A stretch of DNA of 47,840 nucleotides, taken from positions 1-47,840 of the forward strand of contig CAZSHL010000001.1 of assembly GCA_964606585.1 (NCBI GenBank), in the 5' to 3' direction. Made by a program: the position numbers and the translations under genes. A model generated the notes under the pieces. The model saw only the letters and a program-made list of their open reading frames with translations, was not told the origin of the DNA and ran no database searches. This DNA is from an uncultured Piscirickettsiaceae bacterium (lineage in GTDB: Bacteria; Pseudomonadota; Gammaproteobacteria; PS1; Pseudothioglobaceae). Below, piece by piece: positions 27,549 through 40,535 of this stretch (its first letter is position 1; every line of letters starts with the position of its first letter).

Positions 27549-28772
27549 ATGAATAAAAAACAAAGCTGGATAGACCAAAGGTTTCCATTAACCAAAACTT
27601 GGAATGAGCATTTAGCCAAATACTATGCGCCGAGAAACTTTAACTTTTGGTACTTTTTTGGCTCGCTAGCAATTCTAGTTTTAGTAATGCAGCTAGTAAC
27701 GGGCATCTTTCTAACTATGCATTTTAAGCCTGACACTGCTAACGCCTTTGCCTCTGTTGAATATATTATGCGTGATGTTGAGTGGGGCTGGCTTATGCGC
27801 TATTTGCACTCAACAGGCGCCTCGGCTTTCTTTATCATCATCTACGTTCACATGTATAGAGGCCTCTTGTATGGCTCCTATAGGGCGCCTAGAGAGCTTG
27901 TCTGGCTATTGGGCATGGCGCTCTATATTGCCCTTATGGCTGAAGCCTTCATGGGATACGTTTTGCCATGGGGTCAAATGTCTTTTTGGGGGGCGCAAGT
28001 TATCATTTCATTGTTTGGCTCCGTGCCTGTTATTGGGCCGGACCTTTTAGTATGGATACTGGGTGATTATGCAGTAGGCGATCCTGCACTTAATCGCTTT
28101 TTCTCTTTACACGTTGTCGCCTTGCCTTTGATCCTTGTGGTTCTAGTGTTCTTGCATATCGTCGCTCTTCATGCTGTTGGATCAAACAATCCAGACGGCA
28201 TAGAAATTAAGAAGAACAAAGACGCTGATGGAATTCCAAAAGACGGGATTCCGTTTCACCCGTATTACACAGTTAAAGACATAATGGGTGTTTTTGCCTT
28301 TCTTATAATATTTTGTTCGGTGGTTTTTTATGCGCCCGCTCTTAACGGATACTTTTTAGAGCATGCGAACTTTGTCGAAGCCAATCCTCTGCAAACGCCA
28401 GAACACATTGCGCCTTTGTGGTACTTAACCCCTTTTTATTCTGTGTTAAGAGCCATTCCCCCAATGTTTGGGTCTCAGTTTCCTGGCGTATTAGCAATGT
28501 TTGCGGCGTTATTGATTTTAGCTGCGCTTCCTTGGCTAGACAGAAGCCCGGTTAAATCGATTCGATATAGAAGCTCACCGTTCAAATGGGCGCTTGGAAT
28601 TTTTGTGATTAGTTTTGTTATTTTAGGCTGGCTTGGGATGCAGCCTGTAACGCCTGTTAACGCCCTATTAGCCCGCATTTGTACTTTCTTTTATTTTGCT
28701 TTTTTTATTTTGATGCCTTGGTATACCTCAATTGGTAAAACCAAGGATGTTCCTGAAAGAGTTACGGAGTAG
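27549..28772 (+). CDS. petB: Cytochrome b (bc1 complex)
   Basis: RYLHSTGAS, HMYRG, LPWGQMSFWGA, FFSLH and PLWY motifs. Confidence 0.98.
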   Translation: MNKKQSWIDQRFPLTKTWNEHLAKYYAPRNFNFWYFFGSLAILVLVMQLVTGIFLTMHFKPDTANAFASVEYIMRDVEWGWLMRYLHSTGASAFFIIIYVHMYRGLLYGSYRAPRELVWLLGMALYIALMAEAFMGYVLPWGQMSFWGAQVIISLFGSVPVIGPDLLVWILGDYAVGDPALNRFFSLHVVALPLILVVLVFLHIVALHAVGSNNPDGIEIKKNKDADGIPKDGIPFHPYYTVKDIMGVFAFLIIFCSVVFYAPALNGYFLEHANFVEANPLQTPEHIAPLWYLTPFYSVLRAIPPMFGSQFPGVLAMFAALLILAALPWLDRSPVKSIRYRSSPFKWALGIFVISFVILGWLGMQPVTPVNALLARICTFFYFAFFILMPWYTSIGKTKDVPERVTE

Positions 28773-28775
28773 GCG

Positions 28776-29462
28776 ATGAAGCTATATGCAAAAATTAAAC
28801 TTTTCTTTGCTGCTCTTTTTCTTTCTGTGGGCGCCTTCGCGGCTAGTGGCGAATTACACCTAGACAAGGCTCATACAGATATCTCTAACAAAGCCTCTTT
28901 GCAAAACGGAGCGAAACTTTTTATGAACTATTGTTCTGGCTGCCACGCAATAAGTTTTATGCGCTACAACCGTATCGCAAAGGACCTTGGCCTAAGCGAT
29001 TTAGATGTTGCTGAAAACTTAATGTTTGCTGGAGAAAAAGTAGGCGAAACTATAACAACGGCAATGCCTGAAGATGGGGCGTCTAGCTGGTTTGGCAATG
29101 TCCCGCCAGACCTTTCCCTTGTTGCGAGATCAAAAGGCACAGATTGGATTTATAGCTATCTAAGAGGCTTTTACGAAGACGAAAGCAAGCTTTTTGGAGT
29201 TAACAATAGCGTGCTGCCTAATGCCTCAATGCCTGACGCCCTGTGGTCACTAAAAGAGAGCCAGTCTGAGACTGAATTTAACCTAAATGTTAGAGACATT
29301 ACTAACTTCTTAGATTATGTTGGCGAACCTGCAAAACTTGTTCGAACAAGTCTTGGGGTTTGGGTTTTGTCCTTCTTGGTAGTGCTTTTTATTTTGTCAT
29401 ACTTATTAAAGAAAGAGTATTGGAAAGACGTAAAATATGGGGTTTGGCGCTCTAGGGACTAA
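28776..29462 (+). CDS. petC: Cytochrome c1
   Basis: Signal peptide, YCSGCH, PPDLSL, ASMP and C-terminal TM ...KKEYWKD. Confidence 0.96.
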   Translation: MKLYAKIKLFFAALFLSVGAFAASGELHLDKAHTDISNKASLQNGAKLFMNYCSGCHAISFMRYNRIAKDLGLSDLDVAENLMFAGEKVGETITTAMPEDGASSWFGNVPPDLSLVARSKGTDWIYSYLRGFYEDESKLFGVNNSVLPNASMPDALWSLKESQSETEFNLNVRDITNFLDYVGEPAKLVRTSLGVWVLSFLVVLFILSYLLKKEYWKDVKYGVWRSRD

Positions 29463-29486
29463 ACTCTGATACAATCAGACTTTTCT

Positions 29487-29528
29487 ACGGCGCCTCTTCA
29501 CAAGACAAAGGGCGCTGTTTTTTATTTT
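29487..29528 (+). terminator. Terminator-like hairpin between petC and sspA
   Basis: ACGGCGCC...GGCGCTGT stem with a 16-nt loop, followed by a T-rich tract. Confidence 0.55.
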
Positions 29529-29539
29529 TGGAAAACATT

Positions 29540-30172
29540 ATGCTAACAAAACCTAATCCAGCCTCAACAACCTTGTACTCTGCAACACAGGAGCTAGAAT
29601 CTCATGCAGTACGTTTTATTATGGCTCACAAGTCAATTGAAAGAGACGTTCTGGAAGTTGACTTTGACGACCTTCCCGAAGAGATTATTGAGCTTAACCC
29701 CTGCCAAACGCTGCCGACCCTTTTCGACAGGGGCATGGTTTTATACGACCTTGAGGTAATAATTGAATATTTAGATGAGCGCTTTCCTTTCCCGCCCTTG
29801 TTGCCTGTAGATCCAATAGAAAAAGCTGAAAAAAGACTTTTGATATATCGCTTTACACGGTCTCCCGGCTGTTGGTATGAATTAGCTGGCACCATACTGA
29901 ATGGAGACAAAAAAAGTTCTGAGACAGCAAGAAAGGCCCTTAATGGGAGCTTGCTAGAGCTTGTTCCTTTGTTTGCTCACCAGCCCTTTTTCAAAAGCGA
30001 CACGATGACATTAATTGACGCGTGCCTTGCGCCAATACTATGGAGGCTTAATATGCTAGGCATTTCGCTTGGCGAAAAAGCAAAGCCTATCAGCGCTTAT
30101 GCTGATCGACTTTTTAACCAAGAAGGGTTTCAAGAAAGCCTTACATTCTGTGAAAAGGACTTCAGCCAGTAA
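29540..30172 (+). CDS. sspA: Stringent starvation protein A
   Basis: GST-like fold, LNPCQTLPTL, EYLDERFPFPPLLPVDP and LAPILWRL; pet-ssp synteny. Confidence 0.93.
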   Translation: MLTKPNPASTTLYSATQELESHAVRFIMAHKSIERDVLEVDFDDLPEEIIELNPCQTLPTLFDRGMVLYDLEVIIEYLDERFPFPPLLPVDPIEKAEKRLLIYRFTRSPGCWYELAGTILNGDKKSSETARKALNGSLLELVPLFAHQPFFKSDTMTLIDACLAPILWRLNMLGISLGEKAKPISAYADRLFNQEGFQESLTFCEKDFSQ

Positions 30173-30178
30173 GACCTA

Positions 30179-30535
30179 ATGAACAATGTCGTTCCTTATT
30201 TAATTCGTGCTTATTGCGACTGGATGGAAGACTCCAGTCTAACGCCTTATATTTTGGTTGATTGCGAAAAGCCAGGAATTATAATACCGCCTGGCCATGC
30301 TAAAGACGGAAAAATTACATTAAACATTAGTTCGACTGCTGCCAAAGACAGAAACATAGCCAACGATACAATTTCTTTCACTGCAAGATTTGGCGGGAAT
30401 TCAGAAAAAATCTCTGTTCCTTGTCACGCTATTCTTGCTATTTATGCTCATGAAAATGGTGAAGGAATGTTTTTTGATAAAATAAATCCTGCGTCTTCCA
30501 AGCCTGAAGGTCCGAATTTAACCGTTCTTGACTAG
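30179..30535 (+). CDS. sspB: ClpXP adaptor SspB
   Basis: PYLIRAYCDW, ITLNIS, FTARFGG, AIYAHENGEGMFF and C-terminal PNLTVL. Confidence 0.93.
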   Translation: MNNVVPYLIRAYCDWMEDSSLTPYILVDCEKPGIIIPPGHAKDGKITLNISSTAAKDRNIANDTISFTARFGGNSEKISVPCHAILAIYAHENGEGMFFDKINPASSKPEGPNLTVLD

Positions 30536-31168
30536 CCCTTCAAACTCTATACAAAACTCTTCGGTTTGGCTCAAAGAAAAACTTAACACTGGTATCTTAG
30601 TATAGGTAGATACCGCCTCTTTGTTTGCAAGATTATTATTACTAATTTGATTTAAAACAACACAAAGCACATCCAAGTTATTTTTTTCAGCCGCAGCTAT
30701 AGTCAACAGTGCCTGGCTAATTGCGCCCAGCTCGTCCTTTACAACAATCACCACAGGCAGCCCGAGCCCAACCGCAAGATCTGAATTAAGCGCCATTTTA
30801 GCGATTGGCGAATACAGGCCTCCCGCCCCCTCCACCAACATAAACCCACCTTCGGTGTTTTTTCTACACGCCTTTATAAGGCTTTCCAGGTGTAGGGTTT
30901 TTCCAGCTGCATTGCTTGCGCTTTCTGCGCTTGCCTCAAGACCAAAACAATATGGACAAACAATATTTAAAGGCTCTTTATGGGCACATGCCTCCATAAG
31001 AGCAATTGCATCCTTTGGGCCTTTATCGTTGAAACTATCTGTACAGCCAGTTTCTACAGGTTTTCTTACTCTTATCTTTTGCTTTTGGCTCAAAAAGCGC
31101 ACAATCTCAACCGCTATAGTTGTCTTTCCAACACCTGTGTTGCTACCGGTAATAAACACTCCTTCCAT
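30518..31168 (-). CDS. bioD: Dethiobiotin synthase
   Basis: FITGSNTGVGKT, KPVETG and VEGAGG motifs. Confidence 0.94.
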   Translation of the reverse strand: MEGVFITGSNTGVGKTTIAVEIVRFLSQKQKIRVRKPVETGCTDSFNDKGPKDAIALMEACAHKEPLNIVCPYCFGLEASAESASNAAGKTLHLESLIKACRKNTEGGFMLVEGAGGLYSPIAKMALNSDLAVGLGLPVVIVVKDELGAISQALLTIAAAEKNNLDVLCVVLNQISNNNLANKEAVSTYTKIPVLSFSLSQTEEFCIEFEGLVKNG

Positions 31169-31227
31169 AGAAGTATTTTAGCCCAAGTTGGTCGCTATAA
31201 AGTCTCCATAAAAGTATAATGGCTCCC

Positions 31228-32157
31228 ATGAAAAGCAATCTTGAAACACGTTTGTGTAATCTCTCTTTAGACTCTCCAATTGTTCTGTTGTCTGGCTGTG
31301 TTGGCTTTGGAGAAGAATATACGAGAATTAAAGGATTTTCAAATGCTGACGCAGGCGCAATTTGTTTAAAAGGAACAACTCTAGAGCCACGCCAAGGAAA
31401 CCTATCTCACCGAATTGCAGAAACCCCAACTGGAATGCTAAACGCAATAGGGCTTCAAAACCCTGGAGCTACAAAAGTAATCAACCAAATATTGCCCTCA
31501 CTAAACAGAGCCGAAACAAAATTCTTTGTTAATATTTCTGGATCTTCGGTTGAAGAGTATGGCAAGATTGCGAAGCTCTTTGATGATACCGATATAGACG
31601 CAATTGAAATTAATATCTCATGTCCCAACGTTAAGGAGGGAGGAGTTGCTTTTGGAAATGACCCTGACATGTCCTATAGAGTTGTTGACATCTGCAGAAA
31701 AAACACAACCAAGCCATTAATCACAAAGCTTTCCCCAAACCAAACAGACGTTGCATATAGCGCTAAGCGCTGTATCGAAGCGGGGAGCGATGGATTGGCG
31801 GTTATAAACACCATAATGGGAATGGCGATTGATACCGAAACAAGGCGACCAATTGTTGGCAATAATAGTGGCGGCCTTTCGGGCCCAGCCATAAAGCCGA
31901 TTGCCCTATTGAATGTTCATCAAGCCTACCAAGAAAGTAAAAAGCATAACATTCCAATTATTGGCCAGGGAGGCGTAGTTACTGCCAGTGACGCAATTGA
32001 GTTTATTATCGCAGGAGCAACTGCCGTGGGCGTTGGGACTGCTCTATTTTATGACCCTCTAGCTTGTAAAAAAATAAATGCCGGAATTAGTAAATATCTT
32101 GCAAAAAACAATATAACGAGCGTGGAATCTTTAGTAGGGCAGCTCGAGCTTAATTAA
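31228..32157 (+). CDS. pyrD: Dihydroorotate dehydrogenase, class 1 (cytosolic, 1B-like catalytic subunit)
   Basis: [20 protein letters not shown] (catalytic Cys), KLSPN and [10 protein letters not shown]; no N-terminal membrane domain. Confidence 0.93.
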   Translation: MKSNLETRLCNLSLDSPIVLLSGCVGFGEEYTRIKGFSNADAGAICLKGTTLEPRQGNLSHRIAETPTGMLNAIGLQNPGATKVINQILPSLNRAETKFFVNISGSSVEEYGKIAKLFDDTDIDAIEINISCPNVKEGGVAFGNDPDMSYRVVDICRKNTTKPLITKLSPNQTDVAYSAKRCIEAGSDGLAVINTIMGMAIDTETRRPIVGNNSGGLSGPAIKPIALLNVHQAYQESKKHNIPIIGQGGVVTASDAIEFIIAGATAVGVGTALFYDPLACKKINAGISKYLAKNNITSVESLVGQLELN

Positions 32158-32179
32158 CCATATTATCAAGCAATTTAAT

Positions 32180-34636
32180 ATGCAGTACGAGAAAAATATA
32201 AAAAAAATTGAACAAAAAGCACAAAAATATTGGGCAGACAACCGCTCTTTTAGTGTGGCTGAAGATCAAACAAAAGAAAAGTTTTATTGTCTATCAATGC
32301 TGCCCTATCCTTCGGGCAAGCTTCATATCGGCCATGTTCGCAATTATAGCATTGGGGATGTGATTTCTAGATATCAAAAGATGCTCGGGAAAAATGTTTT
32401 ACAGCCCATTGGTTGGGACGCATTTGGTCTTCCTGCAGAAAACGCTGCGATACAAAACAAAGTGCCTCCAGCAGCCTGGACATACAAGAATATCAAACAC
32501 ATGAAAGAACAATTAATCGCCATGGGTTTTGGCTACGACTGGTCAAGAGAGCTAGCGACTTGCCATCCTGAATATTATCGTTGGGAGCAGTGGTTCTTTA
32601 TTCAACTGTTCAAAAAAAATCTTGTTTATAAAAAAAAGGCTGTGGTTAACTGGGACCCTGTTGATCAAACCGTTTTGGCCAATGAGCAGGTTGAGGACGG
32701 TCGTGGCTGGCGCTCAGGCGCACTCATTGAAAAAAAAGAAATCTCACAGTGGTATATGAAAATTACTGATTATGCCGAAGAACTGCTTAAAGACATAAAT
32801 GATCTTGAGGGCTGGCCAGGTGCGGTAAAAACCATGCAACAAAACTGGATTGGCAAATCGACTGGACTTGAGATTGACTTCACAATCAAAGGCTCGGATC
32901 CAATAAGCGTTTTTACCACGCGCCCAGACACCCTTATGGGAGCAACTTATTTAGCAATTGCGGCCGAACACCCTTTGGCTCTTAGGGCCGGCAAGAATAA
33001 TGCCACAGTACAGATATTTATTGAAGAATGCAGAACAATGGAAACATCCGAAGCGGCATTAGAGACAATGGAAAAAAGGGGTGTTCATTCTGGCCTTTTT
33101 TGTACACACCCCATAAGTGGCGAAAACATTCCAATTTGGATAGCAAACTTTGTTCTAATGGGCTATGGAACGGGCGCCGTTATGAGCGTCCCAGCACACG
33201 ACCAAAGAGATTATGAATTCGCCAAGAAATATAATATTTCCATTTTGGAAGTAATTACTCCAATCACTGGGAAGCTCGACATTACAGAGGGCGCCTTTGT
33301 TGAAAAAGGGACGCTCATAAACTCTGGGCAATTTAATGGAATGGATTTTCCCGAGGCCTTTGACGCAATCAGTAAACATCTATCTGAAAAAGGCCTTGGA
33401 AAAGAAAAAATTAATTACCGTCTTCGTGATTGGGGGGTTTCCAGACAAAGATATTGGGGCTGTCCGATTCCAATAATAAACTGCTCTAACTGTGGCTCTG
33501 TGCCTGTCGATGAGACAGAGCTACCAGTTGTTCTTCCAGAAGACGTTGCTTTTGAAGGGGTAGGATCTCCAATCAAAAAATCTTCACAATTTTATCAAAC
33601 TACCTGTCCTGCTTGTGGATCGAGCGCTGAAAGAGAAACTGATACATTTGATACTTTTTTTGAATCTTCTTGGTATTTTGCGCGCTATACCTGTGTCGAC
33701 CAAAAAAGAGCCATACTTGACGATAGAGCAAACTATTGGCTTCCTGTCGATCAGTATATTGGCGGAATTGAACATGCCATCTTGCACCTACTATATGCGA
33801 GATTTTTTACCAAACTACTAAGAGACGAAGGAATAATAACATGTGACGAGCCATTTACAAACCTCCTAACCCAGGGAATGGTTTTAAAGGATGGAGCTAA
33901 AATGAGTAAGTCAAAAGGCAATACAGTTGACCCGCAAAAAATGATTGACAGGTATGGCGCCGACACTGTGCGCCTTTTCGTTTTGTTTGCTGCGCCCCCT
34001 ACACAGGCGCTAGAATGGTCCGACAAAGGGATAGAGGGCGCCCATCGTTTTATAAACAAGTTTTTTCGCTTTGTAGCCGACTTTATTTCAAAGACAAAAA
34101 AACAACCTTTTGAGCGGATTATTCCGTCGTCACTTAACAAAGCACAAAAAGAAATGCGTGCAAAAACCCACTTTACCCTAAAGAAAGTTGGTGATGATCT
34201 TGGCAGAAGATATTCGTTCAATACAGCCATTGCCGCACTTATGGAGCTAAACAACTCTCTTGCTCGATTTCATGACGCTACCAAGGATGGAATGGCAATA
34301 AAAAAAGAGGCTATTGAAATTATGCTTAAAATGCTTAATCCAATAACGCCTCACCTGTGTCACCATCTATGGTTGGAACTTAACAACAAGGGCGCCATAA
34401 CTGACGAAGAATGGCCTGAGTTTGATAAAGGGGCGCTCACACAAGATGAGCTTCAGCTTGTTGTACAGGTAAACGGTAAGCTTAGGGCCAAAATAACTGT
34501 TCCTGTTGATGCAAAAAAACATTTTGTTGAACAAGCAGCCCTTGCTGAAGAGAATGTCATTAAGTATATTAAAGAAAAGAAAATAAAGAATGTTGTGGTC
34601 GTTCCAAACAAACTAGTTAATGTGGTAACAAGCTAA
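32180..34636 (+). CDS. leuS: Leucine--tRNA ligase
   Basis: [16 protein letters not shown], editing-domain FTTRPDT and VQVNGKLR motifs. Confidence 0.99.
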   Translation: MQYEKNIKKIEQKAQKYWADNRSFSVAEDQTKEKFYCLSMLPYPSGKLHIGHVRNYSIGDVISRYQKMLGKNVLQPIGWDAFGLPAENAAIQNKVPPAAWTYKNIKHMKEQLIAMGFGYDWSRELATCHPEYYRWEQWFFIQLFKKNLVYKKKAVVNWDPVDQTVLANEQVEDGRGWRSGALIEKKEISQWYMKITDYAEELLKDINDLEGWPGAVKTMQQNWIGKSTGLEIDFTIKGSDPISVFTTRPDTLMGATYLAIAAEHPLALRAGKNNATVQIFIEECRTMETSEAALETMEKRGVHSGLFCTHPISGENIPIWIANFVLMGYGTGAVMSVPAHDQRDYEFAKKYNISILEVITPITGKLDITEGAFVEKGTLINSGQFNGMDFPEAFDAISKHLSEKGLGKEKINYRLRDWGVSRQRYWGCPIPIINCSNCGSVPVDETELPVVLPEDVAFEGVGSPIKKSSQFYQTTCPACGSSAERETDTFDTFFESSWYFARYTCVDQKRAILDDRANYWLPVDQYIGGIEHAILHLLYARFFTKLLRDEGIITCDEPFTNLLTQGMVLKDGAKMSKSKGNTVDPQKMIDRYGADTVRLFVLFAAPPTQALEWSDKGIEGAHRFINKFFRFVADFISKTKKQPFERIIPSSLNKAQKEMRAKTHFTLKKVGDDLGRRYSFNTAIAALMELNNSLARFHDATKDGMAIKKEAIEIMLKMLNPITPHLCHHLWLELNNKGAITDEEWPEFDKGALTQDELQLVVQVNGKLRAKITVPVDAKKHFVEQAALAEENVIKYIKEKKIKNVVVVPNKLVNVVTS

Positions 34637-34644
34637 CAAAAACC

Positions 34645-35505
34645 CTACCGGTTGAGCATTTTTTCTATTTGGTCTCTTAAAATCAATTCCATAACAAAGC
34701 CCATCTTTCCTCCTGGCACCACCAAAGTGTTTGGACGCGACATAAAGGACCTTTCAATCATGCTTTGTAGATACAAAAAGTCACAAAACTTATGATCTTT
34801 AAATCTTACAACAACAAAGCTTTCATCAAGCGTAGGAATATCTCTTGCGATGAACGGATTAGAGGTGTCAACTGTCGGAACACGCTGAAAATTAATATCT
34901 GTTTTTGAAAACTGTGGTGTAATGTAGTTAATATAATCCCACATTCTTCTTTGTATTGTGTCAACTGTTGCCTCTTGAGAATATCCTCTTTTTTCCTTAT
35001 CTCTATGTATTTTTTGAATCCACTCAAGGTTTACTACAGGAACTACCCCAATAAGTAAATCTACATATCTTGCAACATCAATAGCCCCGTCTGTTACCCC
35101 CCCATGCAGGCCTTCATAAAAAAGCAGGTCGCTTTCTTTGCCAACCTCTTCCCAGGGAGTGAATTCGCCAGCCTTTTGGCCAAAAGGCTTGGCTTCTTCT
35201 CTGTTATGAAGATAAAAACGGCGTCGACAAACTCCTTTTTCTCCATAATTTTTAAAGGTTTTTTCTATTTCACCAAAATGGTTTGCTTCGGGGCCGAAAT
35301 GGCTAAAGTAGCTGTTTCCCTTTTTCTCTTCTTCAGCCATAACTTTTTGCATCTCTTTTCTGTCATAACGATGAAAGCTGTCTCCCTCTATGATGCAGGG
35401 CTTTGCGCCCACATTTATGAAAATGTGGTTAAATGCATTTTTTACTGTCGATGTGCCCGCTCCAGAAGAGCCTGTTATCGCGACGACAGGGTGATTTTTT
35501 GACAT
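34645..35505 (-). CDS. prkB: Phosphoribulokinase (proteobacterial type, CbbP)
   Basis: HPVVAITGSSGAGTS, EGDSFHRYDR, FYEGLHG and NFQRVPTVDTSNPF motifs. Confidence 0.96.
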   Translation of the reverse strand: MSKNHPVVAITGSSGAGTSTVKNAFNHIFINVGAKPCIIEGDSFHRYDRKEMQKVMAEEEKKGNSYFSHFGPEANHFGEIEKTFKNYGEKGVCRRRFYLHNREEAKPFGQKAGEFTPWEEVGKESDLLFYEGLHGGVTDGAIDVARYVDLLIGVVPVVNLEWIQKIHRDKEKRGYSQEATVDTIQRRMWDYINYITPQFSKTDINFQRVPTVDTSNPFIARDIPTLDESFVVVRFKDHKFCDFLYLQSMIERSFMSRPNTLVVPGGKMGFVMELILRDQIEKMLNR

Positions 35506-35619
35506 AAAACTTCCTTTCTAATTTAAGGGATTTTAATATTATCTTACAAATTCTCTTGGATTTAGCCAATAATTTTCATAAGGGCTTGAATTTAACTCAT
35601 TGGATTTTATAACAAATTG

Positions 35620-38016
<2,397 letters not shown>

Positions 38017-38131
38017 TTAAGAAAAAAAATTTAATTATACCATGGGCGACCTATTTAGCATGCTTTAGTCGGCCTTAGTTTGTGTGTTTCTTTGCCCGGT
38101 CTGTGGTTAATAATAGATGTAAAAAAAGTTA

Positions 38132-39217
38132 TTAAACTTTTTCAATAACACCCTGGGTTATTTTATAAAAACTAGTGTTTTTTTTCTCAATAATTGGTGT
38201 GTTTTTTCCAATGTCAGTTAAAAACACTTGAACGCCCAAACCAAGCAAACACTTTAATACAAACTCTGTCTTTCCTTTGTCAAGCTCAGAGGCAACATCG
38301 TCTATCAAAACAACTGGAGTTATACCTCTATCGACAAGCATAGAAACCTGGGTCAACCAAAAAACCATAGATAGGGTTTTTTGTTCTCCCCTAGAAAAAT
38401 AGCGCTCTGTTTGGTCTTTAAAAACAAAATCTAGTGAGGCTTTGTGAGGGCCATAGTTTAAGTGCTTTATCTTGGCAAAATTATTAATGTTTTTCTGCAA
38501 AAAACTAAACACAGACTCTTTGTTTAGTTCATCAACACCCTTTGTCCAGCCAGGGCTGTAATTAAAAGAAAAAAATTGACCAAAAAATTCTTCACCACCT
38601 AGTTTAGATGAAAATTCTTTTGTAATTTTTTGATTTAACTTATCAACATAGTGTTTTCTTGCAAAAGAAATTTCAACAGAAAAAGTTGCCAACTTATACA
38701 TCCAAGCCTCATTTTGTTTGCACTCTCCAGAAGAAAAAAGAGTATTGAGATTTTTCAATGTTTTATTGTAAGATTTATATGTTTGAAGAATTGGAGGTTG
38801 AGAATGAAAAACGCCCCAATCCACATAAGATCTTTTTAATTTAGGCGTCCCCCCAACTACAAAACCCCTGTCCGGAGAAATAATCTGTATTGGTAAAAGA
38901 TGGGTTAATTTGCTATTATTGCTTATTTTTTGTTGCTCAAGTGTGGTGGTGTTTTTGTTTTTAGATTTTGCCAGCTCCACTTTTTTTCCATCAATTTCAG
39001 CTTTAATCTTAACGCTTTGTTTGTTTGAAGGAATAATGTCCTTTAGGTTTTTAGTTTTAAAGGATCTATTGTGACCTAAATAATAAAGCGCCTCAAGTAG
39101 ATTTGTTTTCCCTTGGGCGTTATCTCCAATAAAAAGATTGATGTCTTTGTTTGGCTTTATGTATTGGTTTTCAATGTTACGAAACTGAAGAATATAAATC
39201 TTCTCGATTGTTGCCAT
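38132..39217 (-). CDS. recF: DNA replication/repair protein RecF
   Basis: FRN, GDNAQGKTNLLEA, GPHK, SRGEQK and LIDDVASELD motifs; dnaN-recF-gyrB order. Confidence 0.93.
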   Translation of the reverse strand: MATIEKIYILQFRNIENQYIKPNKDINLFIGDNAQGKTNLLEALYYLGHNRSFKTKNLKDIIPSNKQSVKIKAEIDGKKVELAKSKNKNTTTLEQQKISNNSKLTHLLPIQIISPDRGFVVGGTPKLKRSYVDWGVFHSQPPILQTYKSYNKTLKNLNTLFSSGECKQNEAWMYKLATFSVEISFARKHYVDKLNQKITKEFSSKLGGEEFFGQFFSFNYSPGWTKGVDELNKESVFSFLQKNINNFAKIKHLNYGPHKASLDFVFKDQTERYFSRGEQKTLSMVFWLTQVSMLVDRGITPVVLIDDVASELDKGKTEFVLKCLLGLGVQVFLTDIGKNTPIIEKKNTSFYKITQGVIEKV

Positions 39218-39230
39218 GGTCTAATATGGG

Positions 39231-40334
39231 CTATATTCGCATTGGCATTACTATGTACTGATAACTATCGTCTTCCGTAGAGCTCAGCAAGCAAGACTGG
39301 TTTTCACCCCCTGGTATAACCATGTTTATCTCTTCTGTAGTTATTTTTTCCAAAATAGAAATAAGGTAATGAATGTTGAAAGCTATTTCTAGCTCCTTCT
39401 CTTGGTTTTTTATATCAATTTGGGTTTTTGCCTGACCCCTTTCTGAATGTGAAAAAATATTAAGCTTGTTATCCCTAAAAACCAACTTCACACCCTTTGT
39501 TCTTTCTTCAACAAAAATTGATGCCTGTTGAAGGCTTGATAAAAAATCAGCCCTGTTGATAGCTATGGTATTGCTAAAATCTGTTGGTAAAACCTGCTTG
39601 TAGTTTGGAAAATTACCATCAATTAAACGGCTGATTATTTTGGTGTTTTTGTCAAAAAGTGAAAAATAATTATCAGACAGATGGATCTCGACGCTTTTTT
39701 GAGTGTTTTTGTTAAGTAGTTTTGAAAGTTCAATCACCGCTTTTCTTGGTAAGATAACTGCTTTCCTTTCGCTAAGCTCGTTGTTTTGTTTAATTTCGCC
39801 TATAGAAAGACGATGACCATCAGTTGCAACAACAGTTAAAGAATCTTTGTTCAACTCAAAATATAAGCCATTTAAATAGGCACGTATATCTTGGTTGCCC
39901 ATTGAAAAACTAGTATTTTCTATTACTGATTTTAGGTTTTCTAGCTCTACATTCACAACATTAGAGTCCTCTGTTTTTGGTAGTGCTGGGAAATCGAGAT
40001 GGTTAAATGTGTTTAATTCAAAAGTGTTGTTATTCGCGTTTAGATACACTTTCTTTTCTTCTATTTTAAATCTGATTTTTGTCTTTTCTGGAAGCCTTCT
40101 AACTATATCAATTAAATCTTTAGCGTAAATTGTAAAAGAAACATCTTCGGTGGCTTTTATCTTTTTAGTGGCACTTATCTCCAACTCCATGTCTGTGGTT
40201 GTTAGTGTTAGTGTTTGATTTTCTAGTTTTAATAAAACATGGGACAAGATTGGAAGAGTTTGTTTTTTTTCGACTACACCAATAACCGTTTGTAGTGGCT
40301 CGAAGATTTCATCAACACTTAGTTCTGTTTCCAT
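39231..40334 (-). CDS. dnaN: DNA polymerase III beta sliding clamp
   Basis: QTLPILSHVL, QDIRAYLNG, VATDGHRL, LIDGNFPNY and IVMPMRI motifs. Confidence 0.98.
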   Translation of the reverse strand: METELSVDEIFEPLQTVIGVVEKKQTLPILSHVLLKLENQTLTLTTTDMELEISATKKIKATEDVSFTIYAKDLIDIVRRLPEKTKIRFKIEEKKVYLNANNNTFELNTFNHLDFPALPKTEDSNVVNVELENLKSVIENTSFSMGNQDIRAYLNGLYFELNKDSLTVVATDGHRLSIGEIKQNNELSERKAVILPRKAVIELSKLLNKNTQKSVEIHLSDNYFSLFDKNTKIISRLIDGNFPNYKQVLPTDFSNTIAINRADFLSSLQQASIFVEERTKGVKLVFRDNKLNIFSHSERGQAKTQIDIKNQEKELEIAFNIHYLISILEKITTEEINMVIPGGENQSCLLSSTEDDSYQYIVMPMRI

Positions 40335-40535
40335 AAAAGCCTTTATTAAAAAATTATTATTATTATTATTCTTATTTTTTTTTGTTAGTTAGTTGTTTTT
40401 TTACTTATAAAACAGTATGTTATGTTGTTGATATTTTGTTAGTTTTGTTGTTATTAATATTTTGCGTTGTTAATTACTAAGAACCATTATAGGTTGTTTT
40501 ATAAGTTATCACCAGCCTTGTTTTTCTTGTTTTAT
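40335..40535. other. Candidate replication origin (dnaA-dnaN spacer) with (ATT)6 tract
   Basis: About 200 bp, extremely AT-rich non-coding spacer; (ATT)6 at 40353-40370; only degenerate DnaA-box-like 9-mers. Confidence 0.5.

Noticed and set aside
35506-35619. CbbR/LysR T-N11-A boxes upstream of prk
   Set aside because: Too degenerate to be meaningful in such AT-rich DNA without comparative data
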